Assembly (NCBI RefSeq): GCF_902713615.1
Contig: NC_052149.1
Coordinates: forward strand, 99,579,121 to 99,643,120
Reading direction: 5' to 3'
Source of the DNA: Scyliorhinus canicula
Taxonomy: Eukaryota
Length of the DNA: 64,000 nucleotides
Below the pieces are notes generated by a model, which did no database searches, had not been told where the DNA came from, and saw only the letters and a program-made list of their open reading frames with translations. Positions 12,736 through 23,439 of this stretch are shown piece after piece. Within the stretch, counting starts at the first letter, position 1; each line of letters begins with the position of its first letter. The translations under genes were made by a program, and so were the position numbers.

Positions 12736-12954
12736 GACTTATGCAAGCATATAATTTTTTTTCCTGGAACTTTCCTAACTTGTTCTATTGTGCATTTTCA
12801 AGTTTGGCTATTTGCATTTGTAACTGATTTTGATTAAACTGTAATTTCAATTTAGGTTTCATCTCTTAGTTCAACCAGGGAGTAGGCAAATTAATTACTT
12901 TTTCAACTTCCAAAAGCAATCAAGCACATTTCCATGCTTTTCAGTACTAAAAGT

Positions 12955-13870
12955 CGTAACGTATGCTTCGTCATTGCTGGACAGGCTTTTCAGGGAGTCA
13001 GGAATTGAGTTACTCCCCACAGAATTTCCAACTTCTAACCTGTGCTTGTAGCTGCAGCATTTATATGATGGGTCCGGTTCAGTTTTCTGTCAATGGAAAC
13101 CTTCAGCATGCTGAAAATCAGGGATTCAGCAATGGTAATGTCATTGAAAAAAAGGGAAATAATTAGATTCTTGGTGCAGATGGCCATTGCCTGGCTTTTG
13201 TGGGACACAAATGTTACTTGTGACATACCAGCACCAGCTGAATGCTGTCTACGTTTCGCTGCATAACAACACTGACTGCTTCAGTATCTTGGGTTTGGAA
13301 ATGGAGTGAGCATTGCGCAATCATCAAATATACCCACTTCTGGCTTTACAATAGACAAAGATCATTAATGAAGCAGCCAAAGATGGTTGCCCATACATGG
13401 ACTGAGGCTGTAACAAGACCTTTTTGGCTAGATGCTAGTAATGCAACCAAAGTGGAACAGCTTGACATGGAGTGCAACAGTTGGAATGTTGCCAGGGTTC
13501 ACATCCTTTGTTCACAGCGCATTCTGCCATTTCTTGATATCACATGGAGTAAATCAAATTGGCTGAAAATTGTTATCTACAATGCTGGGGACCTCACGAG
13601 GCAGGGATAAATCATCCAGTTATCAATTCTGGCTGCAAATGGTTGCAAATGTTTCAATCTCGTCTTTAACACAGATGTGTTGGACCTTCTAGGAGGGGAA
13701 TATTTATGGAGTGTCCTCCCCCAGTTGGTTGTTTAATTGTCCATCACCACTCACAAATAGATGTGGCAGGACTATAGATCTAGCATTTGATTGGTTCATT
13801 GAAGGATTACTTTATTCCATCCTATGTGACTACTGCTGTTTAGAATGCATGTAGTCCTGCGTTGCAGCTC
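12955..13870 (-). mobile_element. Degenerate non-LTR retrotransposon (CR1/L2 group)
   Basis: Minus ORF FNDITIAES..KVSIDRKLNRTHHIN resembles the LGVTID.KLNW..HI motif C-terminal to RT. Confidence 0.6.
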
Positions 13871-14912
13871 ATCAGACTCTTCAAGGTCATACTTCATTCA
13901 TATCCCTTTAATATAACCTGATAATATGTATACAACTGATGTATCCAACTCCAAATTACAATGAGACGACTCCCATCTCAGGAAAATCCAGCTACTCAGC
14001 CATGTCAGAATTGATCAATGAGAATAAATGGGGGAAATTATCCAGTATTTATGCAAGATTCACTAAAAAAGAAATACAGAACATTTTTACCTCGATGCCT
14101 GTTTTCAAGAAAGTAACTGCAATTATCACTTCACGACACTAAAGAATCGTTTTTGTAAAAATACAAGTTTGACTCCATAAGGATTTTTTAAAGCAGATCC
14201 AACCCACCTTGATATTCTCATGTGCAAAAATATCTGATAGGTTCAAACATTTTCTGTTTGCCTTTAGGATAAGGACAACACTGGTACAGCTACATATTCA
14301 TTGTCCTGAGTATATTAAGAATGAGCCATGTAGCATGGGACTGGAACCATTCATAGGAAAGGCAAAATAGATCTGTTTCCCCAAGGACTGCAGTAAGCCA
14401 GAAAACGTGGCAGCTTTCATGATCATTTCGTCTGTTGCTGTACCACAAATTACCACATTTATTCAATTTCACAATTTCCTTTTGTGGATTTGAACAGTAC
14501 CAAAGCTTGTAAGCTATTGAATCCTTTCATCTCAATTATCTTTCCTAGTAATTTATTCTCCAACTGTTATCCATTGATTATAAAAGCTCCAATTTCTTGA
14601 TTTACTGTTGACATCCTATGTTTATAACCTGTGCCAGCCAGCATTTGAAGATTTTGTCTTAGTGGACAATTTAGAACAATATGTTTGACTTTTTTTTTTC
14701 ATTCCCTTCCTAACCCGGAAACTTTCAATTAGATCATCCAGCGGTTTCACATTTTCAAAGAAAATAAAATATAATTCTTCAATCACGACTCAAATTTCTC
14801 ATACTGTACTTGATTTTCTTCATTGTTCACTTTAGTATCACTTGATAAATAATATTTTTCCAGCATCAGTGCTAACTGTGTCACCATGTCGCACATTCTA
14901 AAAACTACATTC

Positions 14913-14980
14913 ACGCCCCCACAACCTAAAGATGTGCAGGGTAGGTGGGCTAGCCACACTAAATTACCCGTTAATTAGAA
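14913..14980 (+). mobile_element. 5'-truncated short V-SINE with A tail and 13-bp TSD
   Basis: TSD AAAAACTACATTC at 14900-14912 and 14981-14993. Confidence 0.8.
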
Positions 14981-16873
14981 AAAAACTACATTCTCCATCA
15001 TTAGCCTAGTTACTTGTGGTTCCTCATTAGTTGCTCTGTACCCGTTTAAGTTATATGCAGATCTGCAAAGTTTATAACATCTTGAAGGTCATTAGTAAAT
15101 ATTAAAAGTAGCAATAACCCAAAGGCAACTCAGGGTCCTATTCATAAATTATCAACTGGAAAACATTTCCATAACGAGCTACCTGCTTCTTAACATTGAA
15201 GTAAAAGTTCATGAACTTTTACTTCAGTGATTTATTCTCAAAGTGAATCTTGTAAAAACCTTTTGAAAATCTAAGAATAAAGTCAAGTGCAATCTAGAAA
15301 GTTAAACAATTCCCTGAATTAGTTGCCTTCAACCACTCACTCAAAATTATTCTGAAGACTTTCCCAGAAACTAATGCTACACTTACTTTCTGATAAACGG
15401 ATATGTCACTTGGCTCATTTATATAAATTGAAATTCACCAGTTCTGTGTTTGGAGAATGTCAACCAAAATGGCCAGTTATGGAATTGAAGAAAACTATCC
15501 ATACCATCATTTTACTGGCTCTGCTAAAAAGACTGGATCCCTTTCCCCCATCAGCATCTGGTTGCAGTGTGAACAAAGAAACTCAGTGTTGATCAAACAT
15601 GCCACAGGAAGCTTCTTTAGTTTCACTCATGCTTCCAGCAACATAATCACAATGAGACTGACAGGGTTTCTCTGTTCAGAGACTATCGCCAACTAATTGG
15701 AAAATACTTCTGTAGTTGTAAAAGAAAGAAAGAAGAAACAGCATAATTGTAGATCAGTCCCCTAAGACTGGGCATCTTCTATAGAATGCTTTTAGAACAC
15801 AATTGACAGATGAAACACATGTGATTAGTGACTGGCAAGATCAAGATGTGGCACTGTCATCTATACGTCAGCCGACAAGTCACACATGAAATGTGGTGGT
15901 TTAATGTCAGACACAAAAACAATGTTACTAACAGCACACAACTCAACAGCATGATCTGCTGTCCAGAGAAAACAAAAATACTTCAGTGAAAACCATATAA
16001 ATTAGAAAGTCAGTAGCAGCAAACCTTGGCAAGTACTAAAATCTATACTTTTGTCGGAAATCTACTTTAAAAGTTAATTCAAGGGATAATTAAAAACTGC
16101 ATTTCTACATTCCAGCTTTTCAGGGACTAATATTAAATAATATACGACTATTATTTGAAAAAAGATACACCACAGTACCTTTGAAATACACTATCAAACG
16201 ATTTACTGGACAAAATATTACTGATTACAGTAATTCTGCCTTTATCGCACACGTGTATATATTAAGCAATCAACAAAAATAATAAATTTAAGACCTGCCC
16301 TATGTCCATATACCTAGTCATTATTGATCTTATTCAGTTTAAACATTTTGATCAGCACAAAAGGGGACAGTATGAAGTAAGTAACTTATACCATTTGCTA
16401 TGTCACTCAATATCTTCTTGGCAGATTATTCCCTCACCAACAGTTAGACGGCAATTTTCATAGCTCTGGCCCCAGAGAAATCAACCGTGTATCATACGTT
16501 TCTTGCATTTATCCTAATTTTCACACCATCATTTAAGACTGAAAATTATCATGTGGTACTGGAGCTGCGTGTCCGAAACCGTTAATATAATTATAAAATG
16601 TAACATTGTACTGCTATTTGTCTAACTTATCAATGTTTATTTCTCATGTTTATTTATGTCCTCCTATTTCAGTGTCCATGGTCTCCATTTCCCACATAAA
16701 TAACCGCAACTTAACTCAGTTACCCCATAGATGTGGGAAGTAAGAGTAAAAGGCATAGCAACGGGATGCAATTACTTACCTAAGGAAGCATGCAAAATTA
16801 ATCCATTTTTAAAAATTAACTGCAGAGAAACATTTCTCTCAAACAAATACCACTTAACGTTTTTATTTTAAAA

Positions 16874-17052
16874 GTGAAATGAAAATCGCTTATTGTCACA
16901 AGTAGGCTTCAAATGATGTTATTGTGAAAAGCCCCGAGTCGCCACATTCCAGCGCCTGTTCGGGGAGGCTGGTACGGGAATGGAACTGTGCTACTGGCCT
17001 GCCTTGGTCTGCTTTCAAAGCCAGTGATTTAGCCCTGTGCTAAACCAGCCCC
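16874..17052 (-). mobile_element. Short tRNA-headed SINE lacking the V domain, tail CTTTTCAC..GTGACAATAAG(TTTCA)n
   Basis: Reverse complement begins GGGGCTGGTTTAGCACAG. Tail shared with the 5934 family and with the fragment at 34578-34640. Confidence 0.75.
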
Positions 17053-17141
17053 TTAGTAGCCCAGCTTTTCAGAGAAAGAATGGAATCAACCTAATCAAGG
17101 ATCTTATTTCAATTGCTTAAAATATGAATAAAAATGTGAGA

Positions 17142-17370
17142 GGCGGCACAGTGACGCAAAGGTTAGCACTGCTGCCTCACAGCGCTGAGGACCCGGGTTA
17201 GATCCTGGCCCCGGGTCACTGCCCATGTGGAGTTTGCACATTCTCCCAGTGTTTCCGTGGGTCTCACACCCACAACCCAAAATATGTGCAAGCTAGGTGG
17301 ATTGACACAATAAATTGCCCCTTAATGGAAAAAAATAATTGGGTACTCTAAATTTATTTTGAAAAAAGAA
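17142..17370 (+). mobile_element. Short V-SINE ending GGGTACTCTAAATTT + A-rich tail
   Basis: tRNA head and V domain, no CR1 tail. Confidence 0.85.
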
Positions 17371-17561
17371 AATAATAAACAAAAATGTAATTTTTCAATG
17401 ATGTTGAGAATAAAAACCTAGCCTTGATTATGGTCGAAATTATGCACCAGATTGACGATTTGGGAATGGGCAACAAATGCTGGTTTTGCCAGCAATACAT
17501 ATATCCATTGAATGAATGAATTCTTAAAAAAACAGTTTGCTATTTCACTTTGCCTAGTCTA

Positions 17562-17804
<243 letters not shown>

Positions 17805-18819
17805 TCACCACCACACACAGCTTTAGCAGATAAATCAATTCAAAACAGGATCACCTCACAGTTCATTTATCCAGAGGCACATCGTATGTGGATAGGGAAT
17901 TGCACTAATCAGGGCAGAATGCAAAAAAAAGGGAAAGGGCTAGTGTAAGAGAACAGACAAAATAGTGGCAATACAAATAATGAGCACAGTGTGCAATAAA
18001 TACATTGCTACAGATCTACCCATATAAACATGACTTTCCCTGACGTCATTCTCACTCACATGAAATCAACATATATTTAAAGACAAGGCAGAGAACTGAA
18101 CAACATGAACAGCAAACAAACGTATGAACTCTTACTGGGATGCCCCTACTTAACATCTTGGCATGGAGGTCAATTGAATCACTGCGCCACAATTCCACTC
18201 GAGATCAGCATACACACAGAAGAATTGAATTCAAGCTGCAACATTCTGGTTTGCACAGTTCAACTACATGTTGAATTCACCATACAAGACCTTACTGTTG
18301 TAGTTGGAAATTTTCCAATTTGTTCTTGTTTCACTACATTACAACAGTATTATATACAAAGACCACCAAAAAAGCCCAAGCTGAATTACTCAAGTACTCC
18401 TCAAATTGCTCAAAAGTAGACTAATGCAAACAAATTGCATGGATAAGGAGAAAATCAGAAGGCAATCAAAAATTATTCTCCAGCCAAACACAAAAATATC
18501 CAATAAAGACAACTCCATTTTAGTTATGAATGGTCAGCAGCATGAAGAAAATATTTTGCCGTGAGAATCTCAAAATAAAAGCATCAACCACTGAATTTAT
18601 TTGAAAAGCCACTGCTGTAAACCTGTTTGATTAATAGTACAGGCAGAGTAATGTATCGACCCAGTTGTACTGTCTCGCATCTCTACAGCTGAAATTCTAG
18701 TATGTTGCTCAAATGAAAACATGCATGCAAGCATCAAGATGATGCATCACATTTTTCTTTCAATTAATGCCAACTCCCCATATCGCTCAGTATCATGACA
18801 GACCAAAATCTATCTCAGC

Positions 18820-19092
18820 CATTAATGGTGTTTTTACAACTTCCAGGAAAGGGAGTGGGTTCTTTAATGGACCAAAGTGAATCAGGACTCGAGGTGGGAA
18901 GGAAGCATCATGAGGTTATACCAAGCTGTTGGAATGGAGGTGGTGAAGCGGCGTGCGGCTTTTAATAAAGCAAAGTCAACACTATCCATGAATGGAATCA
19001 GGTTCGGAGTGTTGTACCCGGCGAGGCTGAGAGTTACGTTTTGGTTGAAAGCGGAGGCTTTTGTCAAGGAGCAGGGACTTGGACTTGATTAA
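18820..19092 (+). mobile_element. L1/Tx1-like LINE ORF1 C-terminal fragment
   Basis: WEGSIMRLYQ..KRRAAFNKAK..GIRFGVLYPARLRVTF resembles the L1 ORF1p C-terminal domain (YPAKL motif). Confidence 0.75.
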
Positions 19093-19376
19093 ATGAATTT
19101 ATTTGGGACTTTAATGGGGGCGGTTGGGAGAGGTTGATTGAGAGGAATTGTAGTTTGTATCTGTCATATGCCTGGGATTGAGGGAGCTACGGTTGTCAGG
19201 GTCAGGTCACCGGAATGGGGAGTATATGGTCCCCTGAGGGAGTTTATTTAAGAGTGTTGGGTTTTGGTTGCTCTTCTCTAGCCAGTATGGAAGGGTCATT
19301 TTTCTTTGTTCTTTGAGCATACACCCTGCTAGCTATAAAGTTTCAGCTAGTTTCAGTTTAAACCTGGTTACTGTGA

Positions 19377-19603
19377 GGGCAGCATGATGGTGTAGTGGTT
19401 AGCACTGCTGCCTCACAGTATCAAGGACTCAGCTTCAATCCAGTCCCGGGTCACTGTCCGTGTGGAGTTTGCACATTCTCCCCTTGTCTGCATGGGTGTC
19501 ACCCCCACAACCCAAAGATGTGCAAGGTAGGTGGATTGACCACACTAAATTGCCCCTTAATTGGGAAAAAAAAAATAATCGGGTACTCTAAATTTATTTT
19601 TAA
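19377..19603 (+). mobile_element. Short V-SINE with A tail and 14-bp TSD
   Basis: TSD AAACCTGGTTACTG at 19360-19373 and 19604-19617. Confidence 0.88.
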
Positions 19604-21193
19604 AAACCTGGTTACTGCAAACACATCTTTAACTTGGAACACTACATTTACACTTCCTTGAATTCTTTTGACCAATACATTGGTCTCTGTTCACTTAACT
19701 TCAGCCATTTTAAACTTTCCTTCTCTCCCAGCTCCTTGGTTATCTGGACTATAATTTGTACTTTAGGAAGACTGCTTCTTTCCAGCTCCCATCCGGTCCC
19801 TTCTTTCTGCTGGTTGAGTTGAGACATGTTCACTCCCAAAGTCCTTTCTCCAACTGTCAATAAATTAGCTAAACTAAAACTAAAAAGCTTCTCTATCTTA
19901 CAGGGGCCCAGTTGCAAAACACGGCATACCTCTGCTGAGGTTTTTATTCTTGACACCATAGCCCTCTCAAAACACAATGGAATCATAGGTGGAACATAAC
20001 TAACCTTCATACATGCAAATACCTTTGCCCAACATTAACCTAATTATAGTTTTTACCCTTCCCAGGCACAGAAACATTAAATTAATCCCACTTAAAACTA
20101 TATCTTATTTCTAGTGTTAACCAATACAAATATAAATCCTTTAAAACTACCTTTATTTTCTTAACGATTGACTCAACGATTGAAAAAAGTAAAGAATTGT
20201 GTCCTTATCTCAATTCTAAATCAAAAGGACTTGCAGCATCACTACAGCAAACTTTCTGTTTCTAATCAACGTGATGAAGTATCCATTGCACAGGGAACAC
20301 AGGCTTTTTGTCGACAACCATGTTCAAAAACGATAGACTAAAATAACAATGTGAGTTAGCTTGTGAACGGTTTACTTAAATTAGTTTGCCCAGAAGAATG
20401 GCAGACTTGTATATTCTTATTATCTTTATGTTAGAGGGAACAGCTTTACGGGGAAACTATATTATGTTCACTCACACTGCGTTTAAAATAAACCGGTTTC
20501 TCATCATGTCTCACCTCATTAAAGTGCATTTCACTCCTCCTTTCAAAAAAAAACATGGCAACATTTACAAAATTAGAGTACAAATTGTGCTCGACCACAT
20601 GTACATGTTGCACTATCACTTCACAAGATGTTGGACAACAGAAGTGACCTGCTGAGCATAGAAAGTTCACGGCCTACTTATGACAATATATACTGCAGAT
20701 CTATGAACCCTATAACACTGGTTCAGAGCAGCACCAACGGTGATCTGGGGTCACAATACCTCTCCTCACAGCAGAATCAGTACAGAACAACTGCAAACCT
20801 GGAGGGCTGAGAGAAAATAAAGAACCTAACCAATCAACTAAAATATATTGCATTCTATAATTTTGCAGCCACTCAATAGAAACATATTGAAAAGTATCTT
20901 AAGGATTTGATCCAGTTTTGTTTAAATTACGGTTGCCGGTTGTTGGTGAGACATTGCTGAAACTCAGTAGAAATTCAAGTTAAAAACTTGTCAGGTGCAA
21001 ATAAGAATTGTTTTATTGAAGTTCATTGGTTACAACTTGAAAATGATTTAAAAGGTAGTTTGTAGACAATTTGATTTTCTTCAAAGAATCACAGGAATTA
21101 TCTTCTGAGACAATAGCCTGAACACAACTTTAAAAGTCAAAGGCTGAAGTCAAAGTATGAAAATTAAATAGGAATACAGAACTCTTTTCTAAT

Positions 21194-21228
<35 letters not shown>

Positions 21229-21350
21229 TGTTCTCTTTGTCTCTCTGACTTGTCTGTCTTCTTGCCTTTCTGACTTGTCTGTCTTCTTGCCTCTAGTCTT
21301 CTGTCTCTAGTCTTCTGTCTCTCGTCTCTAGTCTCCTCGCCTCTAGTCTT
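21194..21350. repeat. (CT)n microsatellite with adjacent pyrimidine-rich short tandem repeats
   Basis: CTCTCT run followed by repeated TGACTTGTCTGTCTTCTTGCC and CTCTAGTCT units. Confidence 0.85.
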
Positions 21351-22217
21351 AAAATGGTGGCCAAATTATCCATGGATATACTATTTGATATCTGTCTTAA
21401 GCGATCTGATCACACCCCAATATAATCCTAATTGGTTTAAACTATATTCAAAACACATTTGATTTGATAACAAGCCGTCCATCATGACAATGTAACGCCA
21501 CTTCTAATTGTTGCTTATTGGTATGTTTCTCATGGGATATTGTGCTTTATCAAAACCAGCAAAAACTGGTCTAATGCTGACCTACCTATTGCCACCATGG
21601 AGACCTCATGTTATCTCATTATGCTAGGCTAGGCATAATTCAGAACATACAACTCAAACTGTCTTTTATAAGATTGTTTCACTGAGAATGTTGGAATCAA
21701 ATATATACATATATATATTATATTTGAGTCGATGTTTTAACTGTCCATTTATTAAAAACAAGGCAATATAGTTCAAGATATTTTTTTAGCTTGTATAATT
21801 TATGGGATATGATTCAACCTAATCTCGAGCGGCGTGAGAACCGCACAATCCTTCATCCTTATCCCTCGTTGCTATGGATTCCGCCCTTGCCCTTGGAAAA
21901 ATGTGATGTTTTTATCAGTGGTTCTGTTTTTCCCAAACACATGTCTGAGTTTGGAAGTTGTATATTTCTTTCATTTTAAAACTGGGATTTAATATTTCTG
22001 TCTTAAACAGTCTTCTTACCTATATTAAGTGTATTTAAAATAGGCAGACCAATGTCTCTGCCACATGCCGTTAAAAAATATATATTCTATTTTTAAATTT
22101 CTGCAAAGTAGAATTGACCTGATTTTTACTATGTGGCCCACCAGAAACAACTTTAGACCCCAAGATGTATATTCAATTTTTTACAGAGCTTTTTGTTTGA
22201 TGGAAGATGTCATAATC

Positions 22218-22563
22218 GGGGCAGCAGGGTAGCATGGTGGTTAGCATAAATGCTTCACAGCTCCAGGGTCCCAGGTTCGATTCCCGGCTGGGTCACTGTC
22301 TGTGTGGAGTCTGCACGTCCTCCCCCTGTGTGCATGGGTTTCCTCCGGGTGCTCCGGTTTCCTCCCACAGTCCAAAGATGTGCGGTTTAGGTGGATTGGC
22401 CATGCTAAATTGCCCGTAGTGTCCTAATAAAAGTAAGGTTAAGGGGGGGGGGTTGTTGGGTTACGGGTATAGGGTGGATACGTGGGTTTGAGTAGGGTGA
22501 TCATGGCTCGGCACAACATTGAGGGCCGAAGGGCCTGTTCTGTGCTGTACTGTTCTATGTTCT
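22218..22563 (+). mobile_element. Full-length HE1-type SINE with (TTCTATG)n tail
   Basis: Closely similar to the 3107 copy. ATAATCGGG repeated at both junctions (22212-22220, 22564-22572). Confidence 0.92.
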
Positions 22564-22699
22564 ATAATCGGGAGATATTAGTAAATGGGGTCAAAAGCAA
22601 CTTAGGGGTTAAACAGACTGAGGAAAAAGACTGAGAGCAGCAGAGTCAGAGGGGTCACCCGAAGCCTGAGTTACCATGCCCCATTCAGACTTAACCAAT

Positions 22700-22781
22700 A
22701 GAGAGAGTGTGTGAGAGGGAGAGTGTGTGAGAGGGAGAGGGAGAGTGTGTGAGAGGGAGAGAGAGAGCAGTGTGAGTGTGA

Positions 22782-22820
<39 letters not shown>

Positions 22821-22835
22821 TGTGAGTGAGTGTGA
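22700..22835. repeat. (GA)n / GAGTGT microsatellite
   Basis: Direct inspection. Confidence 0.9.
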
Positions 22836-23439
22836 AAGAAAATGCTGTTTTGAACAGTTAGAGCAGAAGGCTGTGGAAATCAACCACAGGGGCCATGAAA
22901 GTTGCCATCAAGGCAGAGTTTGGAAAAGGGTTCTGAACAAATGTCCTTAATGCAAGAAAAATTTCTTTAGAAGTGCATGTATTGCTTTGGCCTATCTGTG
23001 TAAGTGGCATGAGAGTGGCAGATTATTTAAAGTGATGTTTAATATGTCTGTTAAGGTTAAGAAAGCTCTTGGATTCTGTTAGTGTTAGAGCGGAAGTAAG
23101 TTTAAATATTGTTTTCTTTTGTTTTAAAGAAGTTTGTTTATAAAATAACGAAGTGTTAACGAATGGGGTAAGAAACATTTCAATGATGTTAAGCATCCAA
23201 TAACTGACACGGATATGTAAAGAGACTGCAGATGGCCTTTGAGGCATGTGATATGATGACAGAGTTTTGGTACAGAGTGTGTTCAAGGAAAAATAAAGGT
23301 GTTTGGAAAAAGGAGTACAACTCTTGACTCTTTACTCAACAGCAGCCAAAGGCTAACACCAAGTCCTATTTCTTATATTGTCACTCTTGGAACAAATTGA
23401 TCTTTCTGCAACGTATTAAAACTTTAAAACGTTACGGCA

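Noticed and set aside
20940-21700. Possible additional solo LTR (similar hints at 19620-20166 and 38850-40320)
   Set aside because: LTR-like texture, but I could not define termini with a matching TSD.
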